Assembly: GCA_051362555.1 (NCBI GenBank)
Contig: CM120641.1
Location: 22,010,001 to 22,074,000 of the forward strand
Direction: 5' to 3'
DNA length: 64,000 bases
Source of the DNA: Lingula anatina
Lineage: Eukaryota; Animalia; Brachiopoda
Below, one piece after another: positions 1-11,629 of the stretch; the stretch's first letter is position 1, and the number at the start of each line of letters is the position of its first letter. The position numbers were made by a program, and so were the translations under genes. The notes under the pieces are model-generated. The model saw only the letters and a list, made by a program, of their open reading frames with translations. It was not told the origin of the DNA and searched no databases.

Positions 1-1846
1 CCAATATGGGTCTCAGTAGTTTGTTACTAAATTGAATAAAACATCCCTGTGAGATTTGAGATGCTCAAGCTGTCTATTTTTATGTAACCACAGCACATAC
101 CTACAAAAACTAAAAATTGCAGGGTAAGGTGGACACATGGAGTTGGTCTGAGTCCTTGTTTGACCTAATCTTTACAGGTATTAATACATTACATAATGTG
201 GACAGAGATACACACTACTCATCACGTAGGTGTGAACTTGTCTTCCTGGAGAAATGCTAAGGATATGTTGAGTGATGAACGCATTTTGCCTGATCATCTC
301 AAATCTGACAGGGGTGTTTCAATTCTGTACCAAACTACAGAGACTGTCAGAGTTAAAAGTACCAAAGAATTGATACATTTCTTTTCTCCCACAGTGCAAT
401 TCATCTAAAAAGTATAAGTCTACAGATCTTTTTTGGTTTAAACATGTTTCAATTCACAAACTAATTGCTGATGTAGCATTTGAAAAAAAGGGACAAAAAA
501 TGATAACAAGTGTAGCCATTTTGTTCAATACCTTGGAGATCAGGTGGCCTTAACGCTATGGCTTTTATTGATTCTGTCTGGCATTCTCTATCACATTAAA
601 ACTGCATTTGCTTAATGTACCACATAGTATTAGATATTTGCAACATCTAATGTGCCTTGTGGGTGCAACTGGTCTATACAGAGAAAGATTATGCACAATC
701 TTGGAGTTTTAAGGGGAATTACTCAGAACTACTAGGGCATTAGGTAGAGATTATAATTCCCATAAATTCATCAAAAGTCATTGATTTTTTTCTGTTTGTC
801 TCACATATCCATCTGATGCCCTTTCAGCTTTATGGTCTCCCCGATGAAGGGTCATCCATTTCTATTAACTTCGGATCAATACATAACTCATTTCTTGGGA
901 ATATTGGAAACCATGTTCCTTCACGTGGAGGTCCATTTGGCACATAGAAAGTGTTTGGCACCCTGACAAGCCATATTACACATCAACACAAATGGAAATG
1001 ACATGGAACTTGACAAGTAGTACTGTCTACATTATAATACCACTCTAATTTCCTGGAGTCAATTTACTATACACTTTGGTTGCATTTTCTAAAAGTCTTA
1101 ATTGAATATAGCCAGTGTTAAGTGCATCTGCGTGAATTGCATTGGCAGTGTTTTAAAGCAAGTTCTTTGGTTTCCTATGAAAGATTAATGTAAATGGGTC
1201 CCTGTGATGTTCGCAACTAATCAAAACCCTCCGCGCGGTACCATTCTGATGACATTTCAGGCGACTCCCTAGGACTTGTCACATTACCAGTATTCCATTT
1301 CTTGAGCAAAGCAAAATGTATCATTTACATTTCTCTTTGGATTATAAATGTGTAAACACAGTAACAAACACCAGTGGCATTCTGAGGAAGGGTAGGAATA
1401 AGGAAGAGATGTACTTTGTCTTGTGACCTTCTTACGTTCTGGAACTTCTGTAAATGAGTGCTTAAATCAAGTAATAAAAATCAGTTTTAAAACACAATTA
1501 AATAACTGGTCAATAAATGAAGCAAAGAAATATATAATTTAAATAAAATGTATTAAAAATCTTTTACTCTGCTTGAAATATATTTAAAAACAAGTAAATG
1601 TATAGAGGCCATCCCCTTTTTGATAGTCCTTGTTCATTATCTCATTATCTGCTGCCTTTAACTTGCTGTTTTTGTCCTCTATACTTTTTAATGGAAAAAG
1701 TTTAAGTAAAATTTATAATCTGTAAAAAATTACCTGTAGCAGTACTACCATTTTTTCCCTGCAAGTAAGACAACAAACCATAGAATCCTAAGAGAAGAAC
1801 ATCAAATTAAAGTCTTATTTTCATTGTATTTTAAAACTTCTTCCAG

Positions 1847-2789
1847 GGCCAGAAGGCTGTAACTTATTCATCTACCATCTTCCCCAAGAATTTGGTGATG
1901 CCGAGCTAGCGCAGATGTTTATGCCGTTTGGTAACGTGATCAGCGCTAAAGTGTACGTGGATCGTGCAACCAATCAGAGCAAGTGTTTTGGTAAGTTTTG
2001 GGGAAAATATTCTTGGAAAAGGGTTGTTAAATTTTTGCTAAATATATGATAAATATTTGGATAGAGGGGTAGTTAAATAATGATTGTTGAAGAACTCATT
2101 GAATTTCATTTCAGACTGGTTAAAAAATAGAGCATACTTTTGAAATTTGAAAGATTACTTCAGGTGAAAATTTAATTGTGTCTCTCATTTGATACCATGT
2201 GTAGTTGTTTGGGGTTAATGAATTTCAAATGAAAAGGGCTGTTTTTAAGCAAGGATGCATCCAATAACCAGATAGAAGGCATTTTTAAAGATTCATTCCA
2301 TATTTTAAAGGTTCTCTAATAAACTTCTTTCATAAAATGTGACAGTGCAAACTCAATGTTATTTGTGTGTTGTCACACTAATTCTGCCACCTCTGGAGTT
2401 CTGTGCATTGTTAATTATCACATAAAAATGCACAACTAAGATTATGAAAAGAAAACATTGTTCTTAAACAACAATTTTGCATGACATGACAGACCCAAAA
2501 TCTTCAACGGTAGATTCAAAAACCTTAATTATCAGCCTTGGACTTGGAGTTTCTAAATTAATTTCATTATCTTCATTGTTTTCAATATCAACTTCTGTAG
2601 AACACAAAATGCCAGTATCTCATACCCATAATTCTGATGGTATATTTATTGCCTTGGTCAGGTTTTGTGAGCTTTGATAATCCCACAAGTGCCCAGGCTG
2701 CCATCCAGGCTATGAATGGTTTCCAGATTGGAATGAAACGCCTGAAAGTGCAGCTTAAACGACCCAAGGATGCCAATCGCCCATATTAG
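1847..2789 (+). CDS. CELF4: CELF3-6 (Bruno-like/ETR-3 family) RNA-binding protein, last two coding exons (RRM3); 5' part lies upstream of the window
   Basis: Exon 1847-1990 (ttccag|...|gtaagt) encodes [48 protein letters not shown]. Exon 2662-2789 encodes [42 protein letters not shown]. The RPKDANRPY end is characteristic of the CELF3/4/5/6 subfamily, so the symbol denotes the subfamily co-ortholog. Confidence 0.95.
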
Positions 2790-5700
2790 GAAGCAGACAA
2801 AAATTGATTGGTAAGTTTTCACATGACCCAGATGAGGGGTTGCCTGTGGGCCTCATGTACTCTATGGAATATGCTCAAGTTTGGATTTTTGTCCAGTAAA
2901 TTGAGTTCTGTGTATTTTTAACAAATTAGATAAAAAAATTGGGAAATTTTGTCATTACATAGTTAATGAACTTTTTAAAGAAATTACATGGATTTTTCCA
3001 TCAGTGCTTTCTCCAAATTTAACCTAAAATTCTGCTTCCTGTGTGCATCCCTGTGGAAGGCTTGTACGTAATTCTGTTAATGCAGTAGATCTTTAGGGCA
3101 AAAAGACTTGGTTTTGGTCATATCAGGGCCTACTCATCCCCTATGTCATGTGCGGGAACAGTCTCAAAGAGGATATTAGTTGCATTAAATTTCAATATTT
3201 CATGGATCAAAACAGAAATGTAGATACCTCTCTATTCAGGATTACCCTTCTCTTGTCTAAAGTCGCATTGAATTTGTATATTATATCACTGCTGAGTAAG
3301 ATTAAGGAAAATGAAATGGAAATATTGACATTAAAGTACTATATTTATATATGATATTACATTAAATTAAGAATGTCTGTGTTTGGATGCATATTAATTA
3401 GCAATATTAATATCCATACTTCCAAATAGTGAATTTTATACATCTGTAATTCATGACTCTAAAATAGCATGGATCAGCTTCCTTTTGTCTTTCTAACTAA
3501 CCAATCTATCTGATTTGAGAGTACAAGAAACATTTTTTCACATAAAAAATATAAAACATTCATATTCGTACTACTGCTGATGATTTTTTCTGATCTGCTG
3601 AAATCTTAGTTGATATATCACTCTCGCCTAATGTACTATGTTTGCACTTTGCTTCCATGGCAGACCTCGCAACAATTGCCATTGCTATGGCAACCCAATA
3701 TGATTGGCAGCTGGTAAAATATATTCCGTAAGTTCTTGGTGTTCGGTGGCCAAGCAATTGAACTGAATGGTTTTATCGATATATATATATTTATTATTAT
3801 TATTATTGCCATGTAACTTTAATGTTTTATTGATATTTTGACCTGCTGTGAGTTTGGGGACATTGTGGCTTATTTTGATCATTGTGTCAAAACATCCTTT
3901 TTTAATCATACTGTGAGCAGACATTTCACTACTTCTTCTCAACCTGTCACAATGTGGTAGAAAGGTTTTCATGCGATCCAATTTCTCCATCTGTCAATCA
4001 AGACCTGTTTTAGGCAGAATTGTCGTGAAGTGTGCATGAAGTCAATACCTTTTTGATGAATGTATACATGTGCCGTACTAGGAGAGAGTGCTGTTGTATC
4101 TTTACTTTAATTGTAGTAGTGGTATCATTTTCAGGGTTTACATGGGTGAATAGGTTTGAATTTTAAAAGAATGATATTTCACAACTTATGCTGTTGCAGG
4201 TGGTACTGAAATATTGATTAATTGATTTGGTTTAAAAAATTAAGTTGGGAAACTTTTTCAAAGATCTTGAATGAATGGATATCCATACCCATGTCTACCC
4301 TTCTCTAAATCAGCACAATCTTGAAGATTTTATAGAAAAAATATGTACTCGTTTTTTTAATACCTTGTCATAAAACTCTATCAACCAGTGTTCAAATTGG
4401 GGTTTTCATTTGCTCATTCCATTCATGACATATTTATTCTTTTGTCGCCTTTTTCTTTTTTGTCACAATTCAGATTTTGGTTCTTGGGGGGGCCATTTAT
4501 TGAATTTTTACACAAAATCTTTAAAATATTGCCAGTATAATGCTACAAACTGTAAACCTTGTTTATGAGATACCATAATATTAAAATAGTGTGCATTTAA
4601 GTAGTTGGGGTGGGGGTACTTGCTTATCATGAGTTTAAACTTTATCATTCACAATCATAAACATAAATATTTCAAATTTCATTCCTGTGATGTTTGGTTA
4701 CTGATACATTAATGTTAAATTGGCATTATTCCCAATGAATACAACAGTCAGCTCATTCCAATATGATCTGTTAATATATATCTACTGTACCTAGAGGTCT
4801 GGTGTGTGTGGTGTGGTGAGTAATCTACAGTATATATAGCTTTCATTTGCTGTGGGTGAAGAATTATTGAACGTTGCCTAGGAAATGGAGTAGTGACCAC
4901 ATTAAGCTGTTGTCTTATGTTTAGTACGTGAACAGTTTCGGAGCAGTGTTATATTCCCAGTATCATTGCAGTATAATCAGCTCACCATTGTCATAGTATA
5001 TAAATTCTGTGTGTTAACCATGTGTCAAATATTTTCAGCTATACATCATTATATATACATTGATTCATATATCAAGGATTTAATCTGAAAGATTAGTTTG
5101 TCAGAATTCTTACATCTTGGTCAGCTTTTGAGTATAACTGGCATTGTCCTAATTTCACCAACTTAAACAAAATTTTATTTGGGGGTTTGAAACTTTTATT
5201 GAAAGATTATTAAATTGTCTCAAAAGGTTTTTTTTTTTTTTTTTTTTTTGTTCAAGATTATTTGTTTCATTCACAAACTTTTGTTGGGTGATTGTGTATC
5301 AGATAAAATGTTCTTGCTCCTGGCTTAATGTTGGCTTTAGTGGACTTGAAGATAGTTATGAATATTTGGAATAACTAAAAGTAGAAAAAAATCAGTGGAC
5401 TGCTTTGTTTGAAAGTGAATTGTGTGCAGTATTCAAAATTTAAAAGAAGGGTTTCAAAATGTTGCAATACATATTGCAGGCTTTAGTTGGATATAAAATT
5501 GATGACACTATTTTCTTTTACACTTTCTTTACAATTTGATGTGTCTATGTTTGGTTGCATTATTGTTTAACATTGTTTGTATGTGTGCAATGGTGTGTTT
5601 CTTCTTACTTGTCTCATATTAATTTACCATGCACACAGTATTATAACCATGAAGTCTTTTTATTGAAAAATTCACTTTTGTTTTAATTTGCAGATTACAC

Positions 5701-7271
5701 AAATGGTTGCCTACCACTTCCAAGACTTGGTTGTTCAAACAGACAGTGACGAAAGGACTAGAAATTCACAGAACATTCAAAAACTACAAGACCTCTGTAC
5801 AGAAGGACAACCCTTTGAATCAGATATTTTCTCAAAAAAGTAATCAAAAAACTCTTATATAGTTTTCCTCTTTATTCAAAAATGTCTCACCACTTGGAGT
5901 TTTGTGAGAAGCAGCCTGTGTAAATAGCACTTTAAACCTGAAGAATTTGACTGTAAGTTGTTCTCTGCTATCTGGAATATGGAAAAAAGCCAGGCTGGAC
6001 CATTGTTATAGAGATATTAAAGGCATCTGATGATAACACAGTTTGAAATACATGCGTTTTACTTAGGTGAGGATATTTGGTTACACAGTCATCATTATCC
6101 ATTGATGGATTGTAAATAGTTCCTAAATGATGAGGTTAGCTAGTCAGGTGTAATTATAATCACATCACCTGAGTGGTAGAGAAAAATATGTTTAGACTTT
6201 TTCGAGTTTTAAAGACTTTAAAAGTTATTTATCATTTTACAAATTGAATAATTTATTCTTTGATTGATTGGTTGTTATGATTATTTTTAAATCATTTGTG
6301 CTAAGGTTATATATATAATTATATGAATATACATATTGAATACGAAACATTTTATTCAAGTTACAGCCTTTGCTGTCCATTTATTTTACATTATTTATTT
6401 GCACTTATACTTATATATAACTCAGGCAATTCAACTTCTAGCTGAAAAGAGACATGATTTTCAAAGTTTTTCCATTCCTTAAAATATCTCTTAGTGTCTT
6501 GGACACAAATCTGAATCTCTTGATCATATAAACATTCCCGTTGTTCAGTGTTAGCTGCTGTCAGTTCCATATAGTCCCTGTAACAAAGTGGAAATGTCAA
6601 AGATGATATTTGAAGCAGCAAGGTCAAAGTCAATGTCATTTTCTCAGTCACCTCAGTCGTCAGATACGAGGTTGAATTGCCAGAGCATTTTTGTTGGAAT
6701 CAAATACACATGAAGTTTTTGTTGAAATCAAATACAAAGGTTTCATTTTTTCTTTATATGTTGTATTGCAAAGTGTTTATCACATTCCGTCACTATTCAG
6801 TATTTACTTTTACTTTTTATTTAGATGATATGAGCAGCAAATTGATGTCTCTGTTATGGCCAATAAGCATTTGATATGGATTGAGAAAGTCCCTAAAGAC
6901 GTACTTACAGTGAATGAACAGCACCTGTAGTGCACCTCTATTGTCATATTGTTATAATTTATTATTGTTCTATTTAACTTATTTATGAACAACAACATTG
7001 CATTGATATTAGAAGAGAGGATAAGCAATGCTGTTCTACACAAGACAAGGGTAAGACTGTGGCAGACTAGTGCTCACATTACTGGGCTATGTGCAATTGT
7101 TTTTATATTAGTGCCTATTAAACACCCAAAGATAATCAGCCTAAATATGGGAAAACTGTACTACTTTGTGTTGTCCATTAGACTACATCATTTTCCATTT
7201 TTAAATAACTTGATTTTTATGACTGCATTTATAAGTTGTAATGTCACCTAGATGTGGTACATTGCTGTATC

Positions 7272-7428
7272 GCGGGCATCTCAATAGTCTGAAGGTTCAT
7301 TGGTCCAGCAAATGGTAACATTTTCATAGGTTTTTAAACCAAGGGTTCAATGGTCCAAAGGTTCTCTAGTGAACATTCAGACCAATAAACTTTTGGACTA
7401 TTGAACCTTAGGACTATTGCTATGGCCC
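7272..7428. mobile_element. Decayed non-autonomous foldback DNA element with 9-bp target-site duplication (Mutator-like)
   Basis: TGCTGTATC is repeated at 7263-7271 and 7429-7437. Internal aatagtc/ggttca-type repeats on the left recur inverted (ggactattgaacc) on the right. Confidence 0.6.
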
Positions 7429-8497
7429 TGCTGTATCAGCTAAACATGTTTCCCTAAAGACCCTATCATTAAAACCAACTGGACTCTATGACTATGAAGC
7501 CATAATATCACAATGTTTGCATTTAATAACCTGTGGAAGGAGAAGAATTTTTGCTTTTTTGCACAGTTATAATACCCATTGACATGGACAGTCAAAGGCA
7601 GGCTAGTTTTACCATATTTGAGTCTTACTCTTCTGTCTCCCTGACCATGGGGTCCCTCTCTTGACTAATCTATTGACTGTTACTTATGTAGCAAAGCTAT
7701 TTCTTTATCATGGAAGACTCTTGGGTTCTCTTACTTTTATTTAAATATTATATATAATTACTATAGATATCATATATACATACATATTTATTCAAACAAC
7801 TTAGTAGAATTAGATAAAAAAAAACATTAGAGAAGTCTAAAGTATATAAACATATATTGTACCATATACATAGAAATGATGAGAAAATTGATGATTTGGA
7901 ATTTTCAAGTTTATTTTGGACTGAAGCCTTTTCATGTTGTGAAGACTGCCTGGCAGTCACTGCTATTATTAAATGGTTTCAGTCAGTGCATGGTTAGTGA
8001 GTCATTTATGTGACAAGGTTATTCAAGAACTGTTATATAATGTTGTAGTTGGGAGTGCTTCATTATTATATTAATATTCAATTTAGGAATTTAAAATTTC
8101 TACTTTTTACACACATAGTTGGAGGGAGAATCTCAGTTTGTTGACGTCACTACAGTTATGACATATTCAAGAGTTGTGCAATACTGGTTTGGCCAAAATA
8201 TTTGCCAGCCATATGAGGTATAAACATTTTAAAGAATATTTTAACAAAATGTTATGGATTGGTTGTGAAATGGAGATTTGTTATTATCACATCTTTTTGT
8301 GGGTTTAAAGCACTTGTTATATAATGGGACAAGTAAAATTGAAAATTCCAAATTTGTTAAAAATAAAGTATTATATGATATTTAATCCTTATATTATCAT
8401 TGCTTTAGATAAAAGTTAAATCAGGGCAGAAGGCCCTTGCTTGTAGTGCTCTCTTTTGCTAGCTTAATTTATATGTAGCACCAGCCAGCTCTTGCTC

Positions 8498-8611
8498 AGC
8501 TGATTTGCATATTGCCAGGGTAACTGTTTCCTGATTGGTTCTGAGTGTCTAGTAGCTGATTTGCATATTGCCAAATTAACTGTTTCCTGATTGGTTCTGA
8601 GTGTCTAGTAG
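8498..8611. repeat. 56-bp tandem duplication containing an octamer (ATTTGCAT) and an inverted CCAAT box
   Basis: agctgatttgcatattgcca...aactgtttcctgattggttctgagtgtctagt occurs twice, at 8498 and 8554. Confidence 0.9.
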
Positions 8612-11085
8612 TTTTCTCAGTGTACAGTGTGCCAGTTGGTGTAACAGTATGTGCCAGTACAAAAATAAATCATTGTGGGCTACATTTTATGAACAATCCT
8701 ACAAACTGGGCATTTTGTACAGAAAGTTTTTTTGATATGAAAGATCTATTTTTATATATCATATTTTTACAAACCCTTTCTGTTAGATATTATGTGGAAA
8801 GTGGTCAATGGGCAGTTAACACATTGTTTTATCTTTACAAAGGTGGTTGGTATAAAATTACTATAGTTGTTCTGTAAAGTCTGTATCCACTATAATGTAC
8901 ATGTAAAATAGTACTCATATTCAACTGAAACGCACACCTTGGAAAGTGTTGTTCAATATTGCATTTTTGTGATGTTATATAATTATTGCAGTTAAGATAT
9001 ATGCTCTGATCTTTTTGAGAGGAAAATGCCAAAATTGTTTTTTTTCTTTTTGGTGCCCAGCAAAAAAAGTTTCAAAAAGAACATAAAAGATGTGTTAAGT
9101 GGCAGAAATGAATAGAGTGAAGGAAAGAATGATCACGCCTGACAGGGACAAATTTGTCAACTTTTTAAAAATTTTCCTTTTTTTTTATATTCTGTTCTAA
9201 AAGCTTATCAAATTCATTACAACACTTCTATTTCTTGGTATTTGTTTAAATGGTATTTCTGCTGCTGCTGTCCAAGATGTGCACCTGCACAGTTTAGTTG
9301 CCATGGAAACAGTTACCCGACATACCTTTCTCTCTCTAGTGGCTAGTTATAGTAGCTATAGTAGGAAGGAAAGCAAATAGAATTATCCTTTTTGAGGCTT
9401 GTAGCTCGGCAACAGATAATATTGAAAAAACATATGAAAATAAAATCATTTAGCTAGTCTATCACTATTTGTCTTTTTTATTCTACTCTTCTTCAGTTTA
9501 TTTAAGACTGGAAAGTAAGTGGTTTGCAAATACATTTCTGGATACAAGGTCATGGTGACCCCCCCTCCCCCCCCCCCCAAAAAAAAAAAAAAAAAAAAAA
9601 AGAAAAAAGTATATATATCAAGAATATAAAGTTGCATATGAAGTGAATGTGGATTCTCTATAATGCATGTATAAACCTCTTCTACTAGTCATTAAATAAA
9701 TGCAAAGCAAATAATTGTCTAGTTGAAACTCACATAAGCCCAATAGTCAAACCTTGCAATGTTCTTTCCTGTAAACTATATATAAAGCTACTTGCTTCTA
9801 AAATAAAGTTTGATTTACATGTTTCTAGCCTAGTCTCACCTAAAATTTATCACTGCAATAAGAAGTTAGATGTTGGGATTAAATTGGGTAAAAAAGATAA
9901 TTTCATTCACATTTTTCAAAAATATAATGAGGTGCTTAATTGTCTTAATATAATCTTTTGATCCAAGATTAAAGGTTTTTTGTCATCTACTGATATATAT
10001 ATGAAACTGATTGGTTTAATCATACTTCATAGCACAGCATTTGCAGACATATTTCTTTTCTTTTTAGAATAATTAGATAAACAAATTGTTTAATTTTGTT
10101 TCCTGCGTAGACCTCAGTTATATTCCTTACTTAGACATACGAATATTTCATATATTAAAGGTCTTTGTCACTAGAAAAATGTAATTTAACAGCTTTTTCC
10201 CTGTTTTTTTCATAGCTTTGGTGGTCATTTTGTTTTTATGAATATGGCTTGCTGAGATATAAGAAAAAATTGCAATATGCATCTGTATTAATAAACATTC
10301 ATTTATGAAATCCAAAAAGAAATGAAGAATATAGTGTGATTTGAATCTATTAATGTTTATCTTTTTTTTTTTTTTTTTTTTTTTTTTTTGTAACAATCAG
10401 TTTATCTAGGTTTATGGAAATTGCTAATTGTCCTGGAAGTATCAACTGGCAAGAAAACCCAAGCTTAAGCTTATTTGAGTTTTCTAATCCAAAATATAGA
10501 ATTCCTTTTTTATGATGCGAAGTAACATTGCATGGTTCTACTATGGGGCCCATGGGAGTGCCAGCTTTACTACTAAGGGGACTTACTGGTACACACTCAA
10601 AAAAGAATTAGTTGGATGTAAAAGAAGATGATAACAATAGTTTAGGATCACAGGATCAACAATGAAGAGAAAAGACAAAGGTATTTTTTGGCCTATTTAC
10701 ACGAAACTAGACTGATTTAGTAGCTCTTTTTTTACTCTCTGTCATGATTTGGTGGCCATTTTGATTTTTAGATAAAAGTAATGTGCATTTACATGTATGT
10801 AATCAATAATCCTACTGTGCTCTGACAGGAGCAAATTGTATGGTGGCATTTGGTTGGTTTTTGTGGCAAAATATAACTTCAAAGTACAAATGCATCTTTA
10901 ATGTTTAGCTCGCCAAATATGCGGCGTAGGATACATACTGAAAAAACTACCGGTAGGTAAACTAAAAAGTCACTTTATCTCTCAAATTCTTGTTATGATC
11001 TTCAATAATATTTTGGTGTTTCTTCTGTAAGTAAATTTGAACAAAGTTTCATTGCATTTGACCATTTGACAGATATCACTAGAAC

Positions 11086-11099
11086 GCCCCCCCCCTCCC

Positions 11100-11130
<31 letters not shown>

Positions 11131-11140
11131 ACACACACAC
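11086..11140. repeat. Poly-C tract plus (CA)n microsatellite upstream of CPEB1
   Basis: Directly visible C run followed by a CA repeat. Confidence 0.9.
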
Positions 11141-11376
11141 ATGCACCAACCGTACTTGGGCAACGTGCATGGCAAATGTCCCACCACCCCAACCTGACAC
11201 CCCAAAAGAAAACTGCAGTAGCTGTTGGTGGCAAAGTGTATTTTTTGTCTCTTTGGGGAAAGTGTCATCTTGAGAAAAAGAGGATAAAGACCATCTCTCT
11301 GGCTCTGCCTTACTGTAAAATGACATCATTTTCCCGGGCTACAAGGAAATCACAACGCACACAACGGGGTAAGGCC

Positions 11377-11513
11377 GTCACGTGATCGGTAACTTCGATA
11401 ACAGTTTTCAAGTGCCCGTAAAGGTTCGAAAGGGTGAGTGAAAATCTTGAACTCATTTGCATTTGTTTGGGTGAAATGTATATAAACTGGGATTCACTCT
11501 TTATGCATCAGTT
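11377..11513 (+). promoter_or_regulatory. CPEB1 promoter: E-box, TATA box and Inr
   Basis: GTCACGTGA at 11377, TATATAAA at 11479-11486 and TCAGTT at 11508-11513 (A+1 about 31 nt after the TATA start). The ATG follows at 11630. Confidence 0.55.
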
Positions 11514-11629
11514 GCACCTCGATCACGAAAGCCATAAGAGGACAGATCGCAACAGGACTTGCAAAGAAAGTAGCAGGGCTCAGGTAGTGGTGGTCAAATT
11601 TTAGCCGCCCTAGAGTGAATAACGAAAGC

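Larger units (their letters stand above)
5694..9830 (+). other. Probable terminal 3'UTR exon of the CELF gene
   Basis: A donor gtaagt lies at 2811, 21 nt after the stop. A strong acceptor (ttcacttttgttttaatttgcag|) ends at 5693. The sequence is U/UG-rich with no ORF and has AATAAA at 9695 and 9802. The 3' end is uncertain. Confidence 0.5.

Noticed and set aside
1200-1395. Possible poison exon in the CELF intron (ctaat ... catttcag| at 1260)
   Set aside because: No convincing donor or homology, so it cannot be supported without transcript or conservation data.
196-11385. Numerous 60-115-aa ORFs in introns, UTR and intergenic DNA
   Set aside because: Low-complexity or random composition, several start at non-ATG codons or run through homopolymers, and none has a recognisable domain.
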